From NCBI GenBank assembly GCA_965216785.1, contig OZ244197.1, positions 2,144,001-2,208,000 on the forward strand: a stretch of 64,000 nucleotides of DNA, given 5' to 3'. Numbering within the stretch: position 1 is the first letter of the stretch; each line of letters starts with the position of its first letter. This DNA is from Thermodesulfobacteriota bacterium. Lineage in GTDB: Bacteria; Desulfobacterota_D; UBA1144; Nemesobacterales; UBA2774. Positions 47,719 to 58,004 of this stretch are shown here, in pieces. The notes under the pieces were generated by a model. That model made no database searches. It had not been told where the DNA came from and saw only the letters and a list, made by a program, of their open reading frames with translations. Position numbers and translations under genes: made by a program.

Positions 47719-48432
47719 TTACTTTCTATACATGAAAACGCTGTATAGCCCCGTGGATTCGGAGAAGATTTTCTTGGCTTCTTTAAAACCCGCGTCCTTT
47801 CCGAGTTTTAGCCAGGTGCCTTCGGTTTCAGGCAGCTCGGTCGTTTTTACATGGTCCAGGAGCGCCGCGGTCTCTTTCTCCGATAGTCCCGTCCAAGTGC
47901 TCTCTATTATCCTCTTGATCCGCACAAAGTAGGCGTCTCTGTTTTCTCCGTCTATATAGACTGGCTCATATATTAGGTATATACCATCATCCGAGAGGGC
48001 ATTGTGTACCCTTTTCATGAAACCCGCTTTCTCCGCCGTATCCAGATGGTGGAGCGAAAGGCCGATCCATATAACATCGAGCGGGGGCTCGCTGATACTC
48101 TCAAACTCGTTAAAGTCGCCCGATTTAAGCTCTATTTTACAATCCAGTCTCTTAAGCTGTTCTTTGGCTGCCGTAAGCGCGGCAGCAGACAGGTCGATGC
48201 CGGTGTAATGCGCGATTCTTGTATCCCTGAGAGCTCTTGAAGAGTAGTATGCGTCGCCGCAGGCCAGGTCGAGGAAGCTGAAGGGTTTCGTCATCTCAGC
48301 ATTTAGAATATCCCGAAGCACTTGATAAGCCTGTACATGGCCCATGTAATTATTCTCCAGGATCTTCCTGTACGCGGCCCAGCTGGTCTTGAAATAGTCG
48401 GACGGGGTTTCTTTTGTATTCTCAGAAGTCAT
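47719..48432 (-). CDS. Class I SAM-dependent methyltransferase
   Basis: LDLACGD, GIDLS, SLHHL. Confidence 0.9.
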   Translation of the reverse strand: MTSENTKETPSDYFKTSWAAYRKILENNYMGHVQAYQVLRDILNAEMTKPFSFLDLACGDAYYSSRALRDTRIAHYTGIDLSAAALTAAKEQLKRLDCKIELKSGDFNEFESISEPPLDVIWIGLSLHHLDTAEKAGFMKRVHNALSDDGIYLIYEPVYIDGENRDAYFVRIKRIIESTWTGLSEKETAALLDHVKTTELPETEGTWLKLGKDAGFKEAKKIFSESTGLYSVFMYRK

Positions 48433-48461
48433 CGTATCTGTCTGTGATTATACCTTGGAGA

Positions 48462-49103
48462 TTAATCCAGGATACCTTTCAAGAGATAAAGGACTCCATT
48501 TTCAAAATAGGTATCGAACTCCACTTTCATGTGTGAAAGCTCGGGGTGCTCCATGGCTTTTAGCTGGACCTCGTTATGATTTGTCATCTGATATAACCCT
48601 GTTGCCATCGACATATGAAGATAAAGAAATTCAAGTGCTTTTTCAGGTGTTAAATTCGGGAAATATTCGCACAATAGCTCTATAAACATCTGTACTTCGG
48701 CTTTAATTGCAAACTTAAAACTAATTACACTCTCGAGAGAGGAGTTCTTTTCAAGGAAATGAAACAAGATTGACAGCAGGTCCAGCATTCTATTGTGCCT
48801 CTTAAGTATCTCGACCCAGACAGAAACGAATTCCTCTGCTGAATACTTCTTCTTTTTCTTATAGGTTTTAACAAGGTCTTTTCTCCAAAGAACAATATCG
48901 TGCTTTAGAAACTCGAGGAATATCTCTTCCTTGGAGCTGAAATATTTGTACAGATTCGAGCGCGTAAAATCGGCTTCCTCAGCAATTAGTACAAAGGTAA
49001 TTTCTTCGAAACTATATTTTTTGTAAAGACGCTCGGTTGCTGCGATTATCTCGGCGATTCTTTGCTCTTTCTGCTCTTCGCTTCTGGCTCTCTCCCATTC
49101 CAT
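48462..49103 (-). CDS. TetR family regulator
   Basis: WERARSEEQK, IAEEADFTRSNLYKYFSSKEEI. Confidence 0.92.
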   Translation of the reverse strand: MEWERARSEEQKEQRIAEIIAATERLYKKYSFEEITFVLIAEEADFTRSNLYKYFSSKEEIFLEFLKHDIVLWRKDLVKTYKKKKKYSAEEFVSVWVEILKRHNRMLDLLSILFHFLEKNSSLESVISFKFAIKAEVQMFIELLCEYFPNLTPEKALEFLYLHMSMATGLYQMTNHNEVQLKAMEHPELSHMKVEFDTYFENGVLYLLKGILD

Positions 49104-49194
49104 ATAATCAACTCCGGTTTTATACTCTTTTTCTGAACGATTGTAGAATAACTTAATTGCAGGTTATAAGAATATCAATTGTGGATGATCTGTC

Positions 49195-50076
49195 TCACCC
49201 CTCGTTTGCCATAAACTGCTCCATTATTTTGCGCACATCGTATTTTTCGTCGCCTTCGAAGCGGGGTGCCTGCGCGACGAACGCATCAAGGATTTCTTTG
49301 TAACGCTCTTCGATATAGTCCCTGTTATGGGGATGGGTGACTATATAAAAGTCGCCCCTCTTCACGCCTTCAATTGTAAGCCTCCCGATTTCGTCCGGGT
49401 CCATACCGAGCTGCATGACCATTTCTCCCCCTTCAACGTTTTCAGGCTCTGTGGGTCCGCCCAAGCGCTCGGGTCTGTTCTCAGAGCTTCGGTGAAGGCT
49501 GGTGTTCACAAGCCCGCAGCACAGAATGCTAACGCCGATGTAGTCCGGAAGCTCCATTCTTAAGGTATCAGAGAGTCCCAGTATCGCATGCTTTGTGGCA
49601 ACATAAAAACCCTGGAGCGGTGCTGCAGGGTAGAAGCTGTTTTCAGACGCCGTGTTCACAATGTGAGCGGGAGTACCCTGCTCAATAAAACGTTTTCCAA
49701 ATACGCTGCAGCCGTTCCATTCGCCGATCAGATTAACGTCTAGCAGCCATCTGAAATCTTCTTCCTTGCCCTCAATTACGGTCCCGATGCCGCTTGAAAC
49801 TCCGGCGTTATTGAATATAAGGTCGACGTGGCCATACTCATTCCAGGCATAATCCGCGAGTTTTTCAACCGCGCTGCGGTTGCTTACATCGCAGACGTAG
49901 GAAGAGGCGCGTACGCCATATCCTTTTAACTCTTCTGCTACCCGCATCCCTTTGTCCTCATTCATGCCGACTACTACAACGTGTGTCCCTTCCTTAGCCA
50001 GGGCTCTAGCAATGCCCAGCCCTATACCGCTTGAACCCCCTGTAACTACTGCTACCTTATCTTTTAAATCTTTCAT
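49195..50076 (-). CDS. Short-chain dehydrogenase/reductase
   Basis: TGGSSGIG, NNAG, YVATK. Confidence 0.93.
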   Translation of the reverse strand: MKDLKDKVAVVTGGSSGIGLGIARALAKEGTHVVVVGMNEDKGMRVAEELKGYGVRASSYVCDVSNRSAVEKLADYAWNEYGHVDLIFNNAGVSSGIGTVIEGKEEDFRWLLDVNLIGEWNGCSVFGKRFIEQGTPAHIVNTASENSFYPAAPLQGFYVATKHAILGLSDTLRMELPDYIGVSILCCGLVNTSLHRSSENRPERLGGPTEPENVEGGEMVMQLGMDPDEIGRLTIEGVKRGDFYIVTHPHNRDYIEERYKEILDAFVAQAPRFEGDEKYDVRKIMEQFMANEG

Positions 50077-50103
50077 TGTTGTTCTCCTTGTTAATTGTAT
50101 TTA

Positions 50104-51015
50104 CTAACCAAAGTAAAACCTAACATTTGTCAATTCCTGAGAGACGTCCCATAATTTCTTGGCGGTTTCTTTGTCATGCGACAATGTGCTGGACTTTACT
50201 TTTACCGGATACCCTCTCATTTCCATAAATCCATTAGGGCCGTAGTAATCACCGCTCCCGGTATTTTCGTCAAGTGCCGCCCTTAAAGTGGGTAATGCTC
50301 CCTGTTCAGACGTCATAGCAAAGAAATTGTTCAAAAAGCGTATAAATCCCGAATGACGCTGTAGATCAGTGGCCGTCCATCCGGGATGCGCTGCCGTGAC
50401 CTTCGTATTTGAGCCGCTCTTTGCAAGGCGCTCTTGAAGCTCATAGGTGAAATATAAGTTAGCGATCTTGCTGTCGGCATAAGAGCGCTGGGCCCTGTAA
50501 TCTCTTTTTTCCCAATTGAGGTCATCAAAATTGATATTGCCAAACTTGTGGGCCATGCTGGATACATTAACAATACGCGAGCCGGGAGTGCTGTTTATTA
50601 AGTCAATCAGAAAACCCGTAAGCGCAAAATGTCCCAAATGGTTTGTTCCGAACTGGAGCTCAAATCCGTCTTCCGTCTTCGAGTAGGGAGGAATCATAAC
50701 TCCGGCGTTATTTATCAGCAAATCAAGCCTTGAGTATTGTTTCTTGAACTCTTCTGCAAAATTCCGGATTGATTTAAGGCTCGCAAGGTCTAAGAGCATT
50801 ACCTTGACGTCAGCGTTTTGGTTTTGCTCTTTTATTTCTTGTACAGCTTTATCACCTTTTGACTGATTTCGCACAGCGATGATAACTTCGGCATTTTTGT
50901 TTGCCAGCACTCTTGCTGCCTCAAACCCAATGCCACTGCTCGAGCCGGTTACGATCGCTACTTTCCCTATTAGATCGGGAATATTGTCAGCTGTCCATCT
51001 TTGATTTTTACTCAT
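50104..51015 (-). CDS. SDR oxidoreductase (retinol-DH/WWOX-like)
   Basis: TGSSSGIG, GFELQFGTNHLGHF, YADSK. Confidence 0.93.
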   Translation of the reverse strand: MSKNQRWTADNIPDLIGKVAIVTGSSSGIGFEAARVLANKNAEVIIAVRNQSKGDKAVQEIKEQNQNADVKVMLLDLASLKSIRNFAEEFKKQYSRLDLLINNAGVMIPPYSKTEDGFELQFGTNHLGHFALTGFLIDLINSTPGSRIVNVSSMAHKFGNINFDDLNWEKRDYRAQRSYADSKIANLYFTYELQERLAKSGSNTKVTAAHPGWTATDLQRHSGFIRFLNNFFAMTSEQGALPTLRAALDENTGSGDYYGPNGFMEMRGYPVKVKSSTLSHDKETAKKLWDVSQELTNVRFYFG

Positions 51016-51083
51016 TGTTTTCTCCTCTCAATAAAGTCTTTTTAACTACTTCGATTAGAAAACACAAAACTCTATATGCTAAT

Positions 51084-51899
51084 CTACAAATCAATCATAG
51101 CTCTAACCCCGGCCATAAACGTCTCGTCGTCCTGCTCCCTACGGTTGGCCATAAAGACCTGAGCGTCATCACCAGCTGTGTAGCGGAGCCTGTCCGTGCC
51201 ATCCGTTGCGGCTTTGTAAATTACCTCAGCCACTACGGCAGGGTCTGCAGCGTTTGCCATCATAGGCTCAAACGCAGCAAAAACCTTATTAGTTATTTCC
51301 CGATACTCGCTCAGATTCTCATCATAGTTATGGTCAAGCGACCTCCCATCGAAATCGGTCTTAATAGCGCCAGGTTCAACGACCTTCACCTTGCAGCCAA
51401 TCTCGGCCAGTTCGTAATGAAGAGCCTCGGATATACCCTCCACTGCATATTTTGTTCCGTGATAAAGACTGAACAAAGGAAATGCCATCTTGCCCCCCAC
51501 GGATGTGATGTTGATAACCATTCCGTCCCTGTTTTTTCTGAAGTGGGGGATTACGGCCTTTGTAACATCCAGTAGTCCGAGCACGTTAACTTCGAATTGC
51601 CTTATGATCTTTTCTCTAGGTGTTGCCTCAAGCGGGCCATACGCGCCGTAGCCCGCGTTGTTAAGAACTACATCTATTTTCCCGAATTTCTCGATACCCT
51701 CGTTAACGGCGCTATTGATGGACAATAAGTCCTGAACATCTAATCGCGTTACAAGAACGTTATCCAGCTGGGTTAATTCTTCTTCCCTTTCGGGCTTACG
51801 CATGGTTGCGACAACGTTCCAGCCCTTTTCATGAAAATATTTAGCGGTCGCTTTACCGATACCGCTGCTTGCTCCTGTAATTAATATTGTTTTACTCAT
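51084..51899 (-). CDS. Short-chain dehydrogenase/reductase
   Basis: TGASSGIG, NNAGYG, YHGTK. Confidence 0.93.
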   Translation of the reverse strand: MSKTILITGASSGIGKATAKYFHEKGWNVVATMRKPEREEELTQLDNVLVTRLDVQDLLSINSAVNEGIEKFGKIDVVLNNAGYGAYGPLEATPREKIIRQFEVNVLGLLDVTKAVIPHFRKNRDGMVINITSVGGKMAFPLFSLYHGTKYAVEGISEALHYELAEIGCKVKVVEPGAIKTDFDGRSLDHNYDENLSEYREITNKVFAAFEPMMANAADPAVVAEVIYKAATDGTDRLRYTAGDDAQVFMANRREQDDETFMAGVRAMIDL

Positions 51900-51923
51900 T
51901 TAATTCCTCCTGTGGTTTGTTAT

Positions 51924-51970
51924 AAGAGACATTATGTCACTAATATAAGTGACACAGTGTCTCTTGTCAA
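51924..51970 (-). promoter_or_regulatory. SDR-operon promoter with double palindromic operator
   Basis: TTGACA-N17-TATATT overlapped by GACATTATGTC and GACACAGTGTC. Confidence 0.8.
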
Positions 51971-52175
51971 GAGGTTTTTTTGAAAATTCCAAATTTGGTC
52001 TAAGATAGGGTAGGGGCGGATATCGAGATTGTTAAGTTAGGCGGATGCTATGCTATTCATACTTTCCCGGTATATTATCAAGTTTGCCGTATTCAGTACA
52101 TAAAACACTCACGCTTCACAACTGTTTAATACGGTGGATATAATATAGAGACATAATCTAAAGATGGAGGATCAC

Positions 52176-52649
52176 ATGAGATACATTTCAAAGTTGCTGG
52201 TTGTAATGTTTGTACTGGGCTTGGGTTTTCAGCTCGCTGAGGCGAATCCCGTAATAAACGAGAAAGACGCTCCGAAGTTCTTATATACGCTGAGCGCCTC
52301 TTCCGGGAAGATGGAGGGGGACAGGATAATTCTCGAAAACGTACCGCTGGTCGTTTATTTCTCGGACAGGCCCGCACGCATATCTGGTCAGCTGAGCATA
52401 CAGGTATTCGCGCAGGGATGGGACCAGGGTAGTGACAGCTTCAGAGCTGACCCGCCTAACGCTACTCTTTCGGTACTTACTGACGATGGAGTGAAGAACA
52501 CAGTGATAGAAATATCTGATCCCGACGTTAAGGTGAAGGAAGGCTCAATTTCATTTAAGGCGAAAGTGCTTGAAGGAGAAGTACCGGAGTCATTTGGTAA
52601 AGCCACTCTATTTATTGACAGTAATTTAGGTGCTTTAAAAGGTTTATAA
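52176..52649 (+). CDS. Secreted hypothetical protein (paralog of 34976-35443)
   Basis: YFSDRPAR, DPPNATL, LFID motifs; GGAGG RBS. Confidence 0.8.
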   Translation: MRYISKLLVVMFVLGLGFQLAEANPVINEKDAPKFLYTLSASSGKMEGDRIILENVPLVVYFSDRPARISGQLSIQVFAQGWDQGSDSFRADPPNATLSVLTDDGVKNTVIEISDPDVKVKEGSISFKAKVLEGEVPESFGKATLFIDSNLGALKGL

Positions 52650-52692
52650 TTTCGGTCTATGGCAGGGGTAAATCAGATTTCCCCTGCCGGAT

Positions 52693-54129
52693 ATGCATGA
52701 CAAAAGTGTAAGGCATATTATGGTAAACAGACTACACATTGCGGATGTGCTTAAAGACGACGAGCTAAGGTTCCTCCGTGTGCTTTGGTGCGATAACGGA
52801 AACGTTATACGCTCTAAGGCCATACACCTGCCATCGTTTAAGCGCCATCTGATGAACCACGGGATGGAGGAGCTCAGGAGCGAGGAGTTTTTGTATAAGC
52901 TCGAGGAGGCGCTCGTAAACACCCAGACCCTTCAGGCGCTGGACGCGGCTCTTGACGAGCCTGTACCTGAGGCCGGGCTCGAGCCTGTTAAGGAGCTGAG
53001 GCTTGTCCCGGACTGGTCTACGCTTGCCATGATCCCCTATGCCCCGGGGCACGCAGTGACCATGGGCAACTTTATGCTCGACAGCACTACAGAGCCATGG
53101 GAGCTTTGTCCGAGGGGGCTTCTCAAGCGCACGGTGAAGAAGGCGGAAGACGCAGGATTTGATGTTATGTGCGGGGCGGAGATAGAGTTCTTTTTATTCG
53201 ATGAAGCGGTGTTCCGCGACAGTGGTACGCTTGAGCCCGTGGACAGGGACGCGTACGCTCAGAACGCAGCGTTTGAAGTGAGCCGGGAGCTGATGGACGA
53301 GATTGCGGACACGCTTTATGAGATGGGGATAGAGCTTGCTTACTATAACCCCGAGGCCGGGCCCGGGCAGCATGAGATTTCGATACATTACAGCGACCCG
53401 CTTACGCTGTCGGACAGGATCGTTTACATGCGGGAGACGATACGCTCGCTCGCGCTTCAGTATGGAGTGATAGCCTCATTTATGCCGAAGATATTTCAGG
53501 AGGCCACGGGGAGCGGCTGTCACGTGCACATGAGTATATGGAAAGACGGGCAAGACGTACTAGGAGACGGGAAAGGCAATTGGGAGCTTTCACCTGCCGG
53601 TGAGTCCTATGTGGCCGGCGTTCTGGAGCACCTTCCGGCGCTAATGGCGTTTACCACGCCCACGCCGAATTCATATAAACGGATTAAGCCCAAGTTCTGG
53701 AGCGGGGCCTACAGGGTTTGGGGGCTGGACAATAAAGAGGCCGCGGTAAGAGTACTAATGAACCCATTCGGCGGGGGGCCCAAGCAGTTTGAGCTTAAGA
53801 CGGTCGACAGCTCCGCCAATCCGTACTTAGCTTTAACAGGTATTATCGCAGCCGGGCTTGACGGTATCTCAAAAAACTTGAAGCTCGGCGAGCCGCTTCA
53901 GAGAGACCCCGGGAACCTTAGCGATGAGGAAAGAAAAGAGCTGGACATTGAGCTTTTGCCTACCGACCTTGAGAAAGCGCTGGCCGCGCTCCGTAAGGAC
54001 GAAGTATTGAGATCAGCTCTGGGGGACCGCTACTATGAAGTTTATAACGCCGTTAAGAGGTTTGAGCATGAGGAGCGGGGGGATTATGATCTTGAGAAAG
54101 AGCGCTCTATGCTCCTTACACGTTATTAA
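52693..54129 (+). CDS. Glutamine synthetase-like (gamma-glutamyl ligase) protein
   Basis: GAEIEFFL, EAGPGQHEI, FMPK..GSGCHVHMS, NSYKR, ANPYLA. Confidence 0.9.
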   Translation: MHDKSVRHIMVNRLHIADVLKDDELRFLRVLWCDNGNVIRSKAIHLPSFKRHLMNHGMEELRSEEFLYKLEEALVNTQTLQALDAALDEPVPEAGLEPVKELRLVPDWSTLAMIPYAPGHAVTMGNFMLDSTTEPWELCPRGLLKRTVKKAEDAGFDVMCGAEIEFFLFDEAVFRDSGTLEPVDRDAYAQNAAFEVSRELMDEIADTLYEMGIELAYYNPEAGPGQHEISIHYSDPLTLSDRIVYMRETIRSLALQYGVIASFMPKIFQEATGSGCHVHMSIWKDGQDVLGDGKGNWELSPAGESYVAGVLEHLPALMAFTTPTPNSYKRIKPKFWSGAYRVWGLDNKEAAVRVLMNPFGGGPKQFELKTVDSSANPYLALTGIIAAGLDGISKNLKLGEPLQRDPGNLSDEERKELDIELLPTDLEKALAALRKDEVLRSALGDRYYEVYNAVKRFEHEERGDYDLEKERSMLLTRY

Positions 54130-54211
54130 GCTCTGAAATCCAACATTGCACTGTGTAGATAAGTTCGCTAATACCAGCCAGTTCCCGAGCTTAAATGACA
54201 GTTAGATAAAG

Positions 54212-54523
54212 TCAGAATCGGGTTTTTGAATACTTAAGCGCCGTAAGCACCAGTGTGGTCTCGTATAGCTCTTCGATGCCGATTACAAGGCCCAAGAGCA
54301 ATAGTGTGTCGCTTCCGTAAATGCCCCCGGCTGTAATTACTATAATCCCTGCTAGAGTGGTGAGTATTCTGATGCCTTTTACGATGAATCCTATGTTCTT
54401 TTTCCCGCCCGAGCGAAGCACAGCGATAATCCCTTTTATATCATAAACCAGTATAGCCGTGCCAAATGTAAGAAAGAGGACGGCAAATATCTCTTTTAGG
54501 TCTATTTCCACAATGCCAGTCAT
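54212..54523 (-). CDS. Small integral membrane protein
   Basis: Three hydrophobic segments; AAGGAGG RBS. Confidence 0.65.
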   Translation of the reverse strand: MTGIVEIDLKEIFAVLFLTFGTAILVYDIKGIIAVLRSGGKKNIGFIVKGIRILTTLAGIIVITAGGIYGSDTLLLLGLVIGIEELYETTLVLTALKYSKTRF

Positions 54524-54724
54524 CTATTTCGGCCTCCTTAGCTCTCTATTAATTTTGATGCTATAGAGCATGGGTTGGGTGCAGAGGGCTTATTTCCGCA
54601 TCCTTTTATCTGAGTGTCGATATCATAAAATTGGTCTTTACAAGACTATTTAATTTATGATATAAGAGAATTAAGGGCGGGTGAATACATACTAAAAATA
54701 TTTATCATAAGGGAGGGTTCTATT

Positions 54725-55465
54725 ATGAGAACTATGATAGTTGTATTTTGTATGGTGACTTACATGGGGTTGGCCGGGGGTTCTGCACTTGAGGAAATTG
54801 ATTGTTCCAAAATAGATTTTTCTTTATACAAACCAAAAATTGCGGATGATGATTCTAAAGACGAACCCGCCGTTAATCCGACAAAGGCGTTTTTCAAAAG
54901 ATTTCAGGCCAATTTGATAGATGATAAGTTGAAATATATAGGGGAGATTACAAGGTCTAGCGATGTTTTGGATGTTGATGACAAAGTTGATGATTCTGGT
55001 GATATTAAGGACCAGAAAAGCACGGAAACACTCTTTAGCATCGGGTACAACTACGAGATAAATCCGGTGGATATAATCAATGTAGTTTATGATCTAAAAC
55101 CCCATGAGAAAAAAAATTATTTCTTGTTAGGATTTATCAGGCTGCAGAATTTGGCGTTAATAACAAAGGGCGCCTATAGTAATACGCTATTAAATGAATT
55201 GGGCGAAGGAGTTGGAGAGTCGGTTAAAACGGAGGAGAAGTTTACCTATGCTTTAGGAATGAAATACACGGGTTGTATTGGGAGTCTTCTCCGGGGGAAA
55301 ATCGGATGTATAGAAAGTTATTCTAGTACGCCAAAAGAAGTTACAGCTAATACAGAAGAAATTACTCTGAATAAGTTTGAAATTGCCAGGCTTCATTGCT
55401 TGGTTAATAAGTTGGAAGACCAGATTGCGACGATGAGCGAGGAAAGCGTCCCGGCTCAAAAGTAG
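54725..55465 (+). CDS. Secreted hypothetical protein, AT-rich gene
   Basis: GGAGG RBS; signal peptide; lower GC than flanks. Confidence 0.7.
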   Translation: MRTMIVVFCMVTYMGLAGGSALEEIDCSKIDFSLYKPKIADDDSKDEPAVNPTKAFFKRFQANLIDDKLKYIGEITRSSDVLDVDDKVDDSGDIKDQKSTETLFSIGYNYEINPVDIINVVYDLKPHEKKNYFLLGFIRLQNLALITKGAYSNTLLNELGEGVGESVKTEEKFTYALGMKYTGCIGSLLRGKIGCIESYSSTPKEVTANTEEITLNKFEIARLHCLVNKLEDQIATMSEESVPAQK

Positions 55466-55958
55466 AATGGCAAATCTTATCGTTAGGATTAAATAAAAAT
55501 AGGCTCGCGGAAGGGGTATGGTCGGCGTGGAAGGGCAGCTAATGCCGCTATTGCCCGTATCATGGTAATTTGGTTTTTTTACGTTTGCAGTCTTGGGGTA
55601 AAAAAAGGGCTTTACATGCGAAAATTTTAGGTATAATAGTAATAAGGGTCGAAATATAAGTAATGATTAGTAGTGATTAGATGGCGACTTTAGCCGTTTA
55701 CATGATGGGGAATCATAAAATACTTTAGGGCGGATTAATAACCATTGTATAAATTTAGTCCTCCCCCCTACTTGACTAAAAGCCAATAGGCTTCTTGTCA
55801 TTAGATCCGGGTCCTTCCCGATCCCCACTCCAACACCCTCCGGGAAGGATATGGGGGAGGGCTGAACTACTTTTTAAAACCACTCGGAAAATCAGTTCTA
55901 ATTCCTGTATTTCCTTCGGTATACTTTTAACCTAATCAAATAAGAGAGGAGTTAAAAT

Positions 55959-56579
55959 ATGACAGTTTTGAGGTTATCTATAGCTATAATAATTTGTGTT
56001 TTCATCGTTTCCTGGGCTTCTGAGAACTCGCAGGCTGCAAAGCTGGCTACAGGCTCGCCGGCTCCGGATTTTAACTACACGGACGTTCAGGGCAACGAGG
56101 GGAAGCTGTCGGACCTAAAGGGAAAGTATATCGTGATCGAGTGGTTTAACCACGGCTGCCCGTTTGTCGCAAAGCACTATAATAGTAAGAAGATGCAGGA
56201 GCTTCAGAAAAAATACACAGAACTCGAGGTTGTTTGGATCGCCGTGAACTCGACCTCTGACGGGCACGGGGACTATAGAAACCCTGAGCAGTCTAAGAGC
56301 GACGCGCGGAAGCACGAGACTTCGGCTACTCATATTGTCATAGACTCCAGCGGGGATATCGGGAAGCTCTATGGGGCAAAGACAACGCCCCATATCTTTA
56401 TAGTTAACCCGGATGGAGTGCTTATTTACCAAGGGGCGGCGGATGATATAAAGTCGACAGATACAGAAGACATTCCTAAAGCTACAAACTATATTGATCT
56501 GGCAATGACCGAGGCGCTAACACCGCAAGAACTAACAAATCCCGAGACTAAGCCCTACGGGTGCAGCGTTAAGTACTGA
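55959..56579 (+). CDS. Periplasmic redoxin / thioredoxin-family protein
   Basis: APDF, EWFNHGCPFV, YGAKTTPH, YGCSVKY. Confidence 0.92.
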   Translation: MTVLRLSIAIIICVFIVSWASENSQAAKLATGSPAPDFNYTDVQGNEGKLSDLKGKYIVIEWFNHGCPFVAKHYNSKKMQELQKKYTELEVVWIAVNSTSDGHGDYRNPEQSKSDARKHETSATHIVIDSSGDIGKLYGAKTTPHIFIVNPDGVLIYQGAADDIKSTDTEDIPKATNYIDLAMTEALTPQELTNPETKPYGCSVKY

Positions 56580-56698
56580 GCCCGGGCGCGGGATTACGGG
56601 GCCACCAGGCCCGTTCTATGAATCTGCTGTAAATAAAGTATGTTATTTGGCACCGGGGAATAACTCCGCGGTAAAAAACTACACTGAGGCTTATAGCA

Positions 56699-57154
56699 AT
56701 GACAAATACGGACGCTGTCGATATGCTCGACAGGCACATCAAGGAAAACACCGCTAACGGCAATATGCACCCTGGCGAGAACTGGTACGAGCGGGACTAT
56801 CGTGATGCTGAGGATATGGTGGTCAGATTCTCTGATCTTAACTGGCAGGCGCTTAAGAATATTTTTGGTGATAGGTCTCATATATGGCAGGAGGCGTGCA
56901 TATTCGTACTTGGGGAAGCGCGCACAGATGGATCGATCTCGATGCTTGGCGATATATTCGTACGCGGGACGGACGGCATTGCCTGCTACGCGGCGATATT
57001 CATATCGCAAGAGGATTTGAGCAATCTGGGCGATGCCGAGCGCCAGCAGATCGGGCTGAGAGCGCAAGAGCTATTAGGGGACGACATATATAAAAACTAT
57101 GGGGATCATTACCAAGTTTCGCTTGAAAAAATACACGAAAAGCTCGAAAAATAG
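56699..57154 (+). CDS. Hypothetical acidic helical protein
   Basis: GAGG RBS; 151-aa ORF. Confidence 0.65.
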   Translation: MTNTDAVDMLDRHIKENTANGNMHPGENWYERDYRDAEDMVVRFSDLNWQALKNIFGDRSHIWQEACIFVLGEARTDGSISMLGDIFVRGTDGIACYAAIFISQEDLSNLGDAERQQIGLRAQELLGDDIYKNYGDHYQVSLEKIHEKLEK

Positions 57155-57628
57155 TTAATAAACCCCGTGTTCTGAGTAAATGTTTTAATCATGTGAAATT
57201 GGGTATTTTAAATTCAGAATAATCGGTTATAATGTTGGCCATAAGGTAAAGTACAGTCCTATTTTTTTGAAAAAATTATACGAAAACGAGAGTATGAATT
57301 AAGTTATCCCACATCCTTATCCTGGGTCCTTTCCCTCCACCTACCGCCATCTAGGAGCTGGGATAGGATGTTGGGACTTTTACTTTCGGTTTGATTTTTT
57401 CCTTAGCAGTTTTTCCAGAAATTATTGTTCTATAGCAGACAGTTATGCTGTCCGGGACCTCCTTTTTCATTTCCAGGATAAGAGATCGCTTTGCTCGCAA
57501 AAATACTTGTCAGTTAGATTGCCGCAGTCGATATCCACCTTCGCTAAAGCTATGGCAAGGCAAGCGCTCCTTCGCTATGACAGCATAGGGATAGTCTGTT
57601 TATGCAGTATCTATATTGTGGGAGATTG

Positions 57629-57817
57629 CTAGTCTTGCTGCTTACTTCTTTCTATAAAGCTGCGCCAGTTTGGGGGGAGGTCTTCCTCGATGAGCACGGC
57701 TCCATGCTCGCAGTGATCGCACGCGCCGCACTCAACGCACTCGTCTATGCCCGCGGGGCAGTCGGCTGCGCACTGCGGGTCTTTGGTATGCTCGGGTTTG
57801 TATTTAATTTCTTCCAT
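57629..57817 (-). CDS. Small degenerate ferredoxin-like protein
   Basis: CAADCP..IDECVECGAC..C..AV..EEDLP..W..FIE resembles 7Fe ferredoxin. Confidence 0.65.
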   Translation of the reverse strand: MEEIKYKPEHTKDPQCAADCPAGIDECVECGACDHCEHGAVLIEEDLPPNWRSFIERSKQQD

Positions 57818-57862
57818 GATCTTTGGATAATTTTAACATATTTCGGCTCTATGTTGTAAGAG

Positions 57863-58002
57863 CTATATATGGTGTGCTGTTCATACTTCTACAGGCTCAG
57901 CATGAACGGGTTTCGTTTGGTGCCCGGATTGGAGGAGGTTGCCGCGGTCACTTTCCGCTTTCGTCAAAGACTACGGAGAGACAAGCGTTCCCTCGCAATG
58001 AC
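57863..58002 (+). repeat. Composite REP direct repeat, left copy
   Basis: Matches 59487-59595, including the linker GTGCCCGGATTGGAGGAG. Confidence 0.85.
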
Positions 58003-58004
58003 TA

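Noticed and set aside
52693-54129. Canonical glnA
   Set aside because: Divergent N-terminus and ammonia-site region point to a GS-like gamma-glutamyl ligase, so the symbol was withheld.
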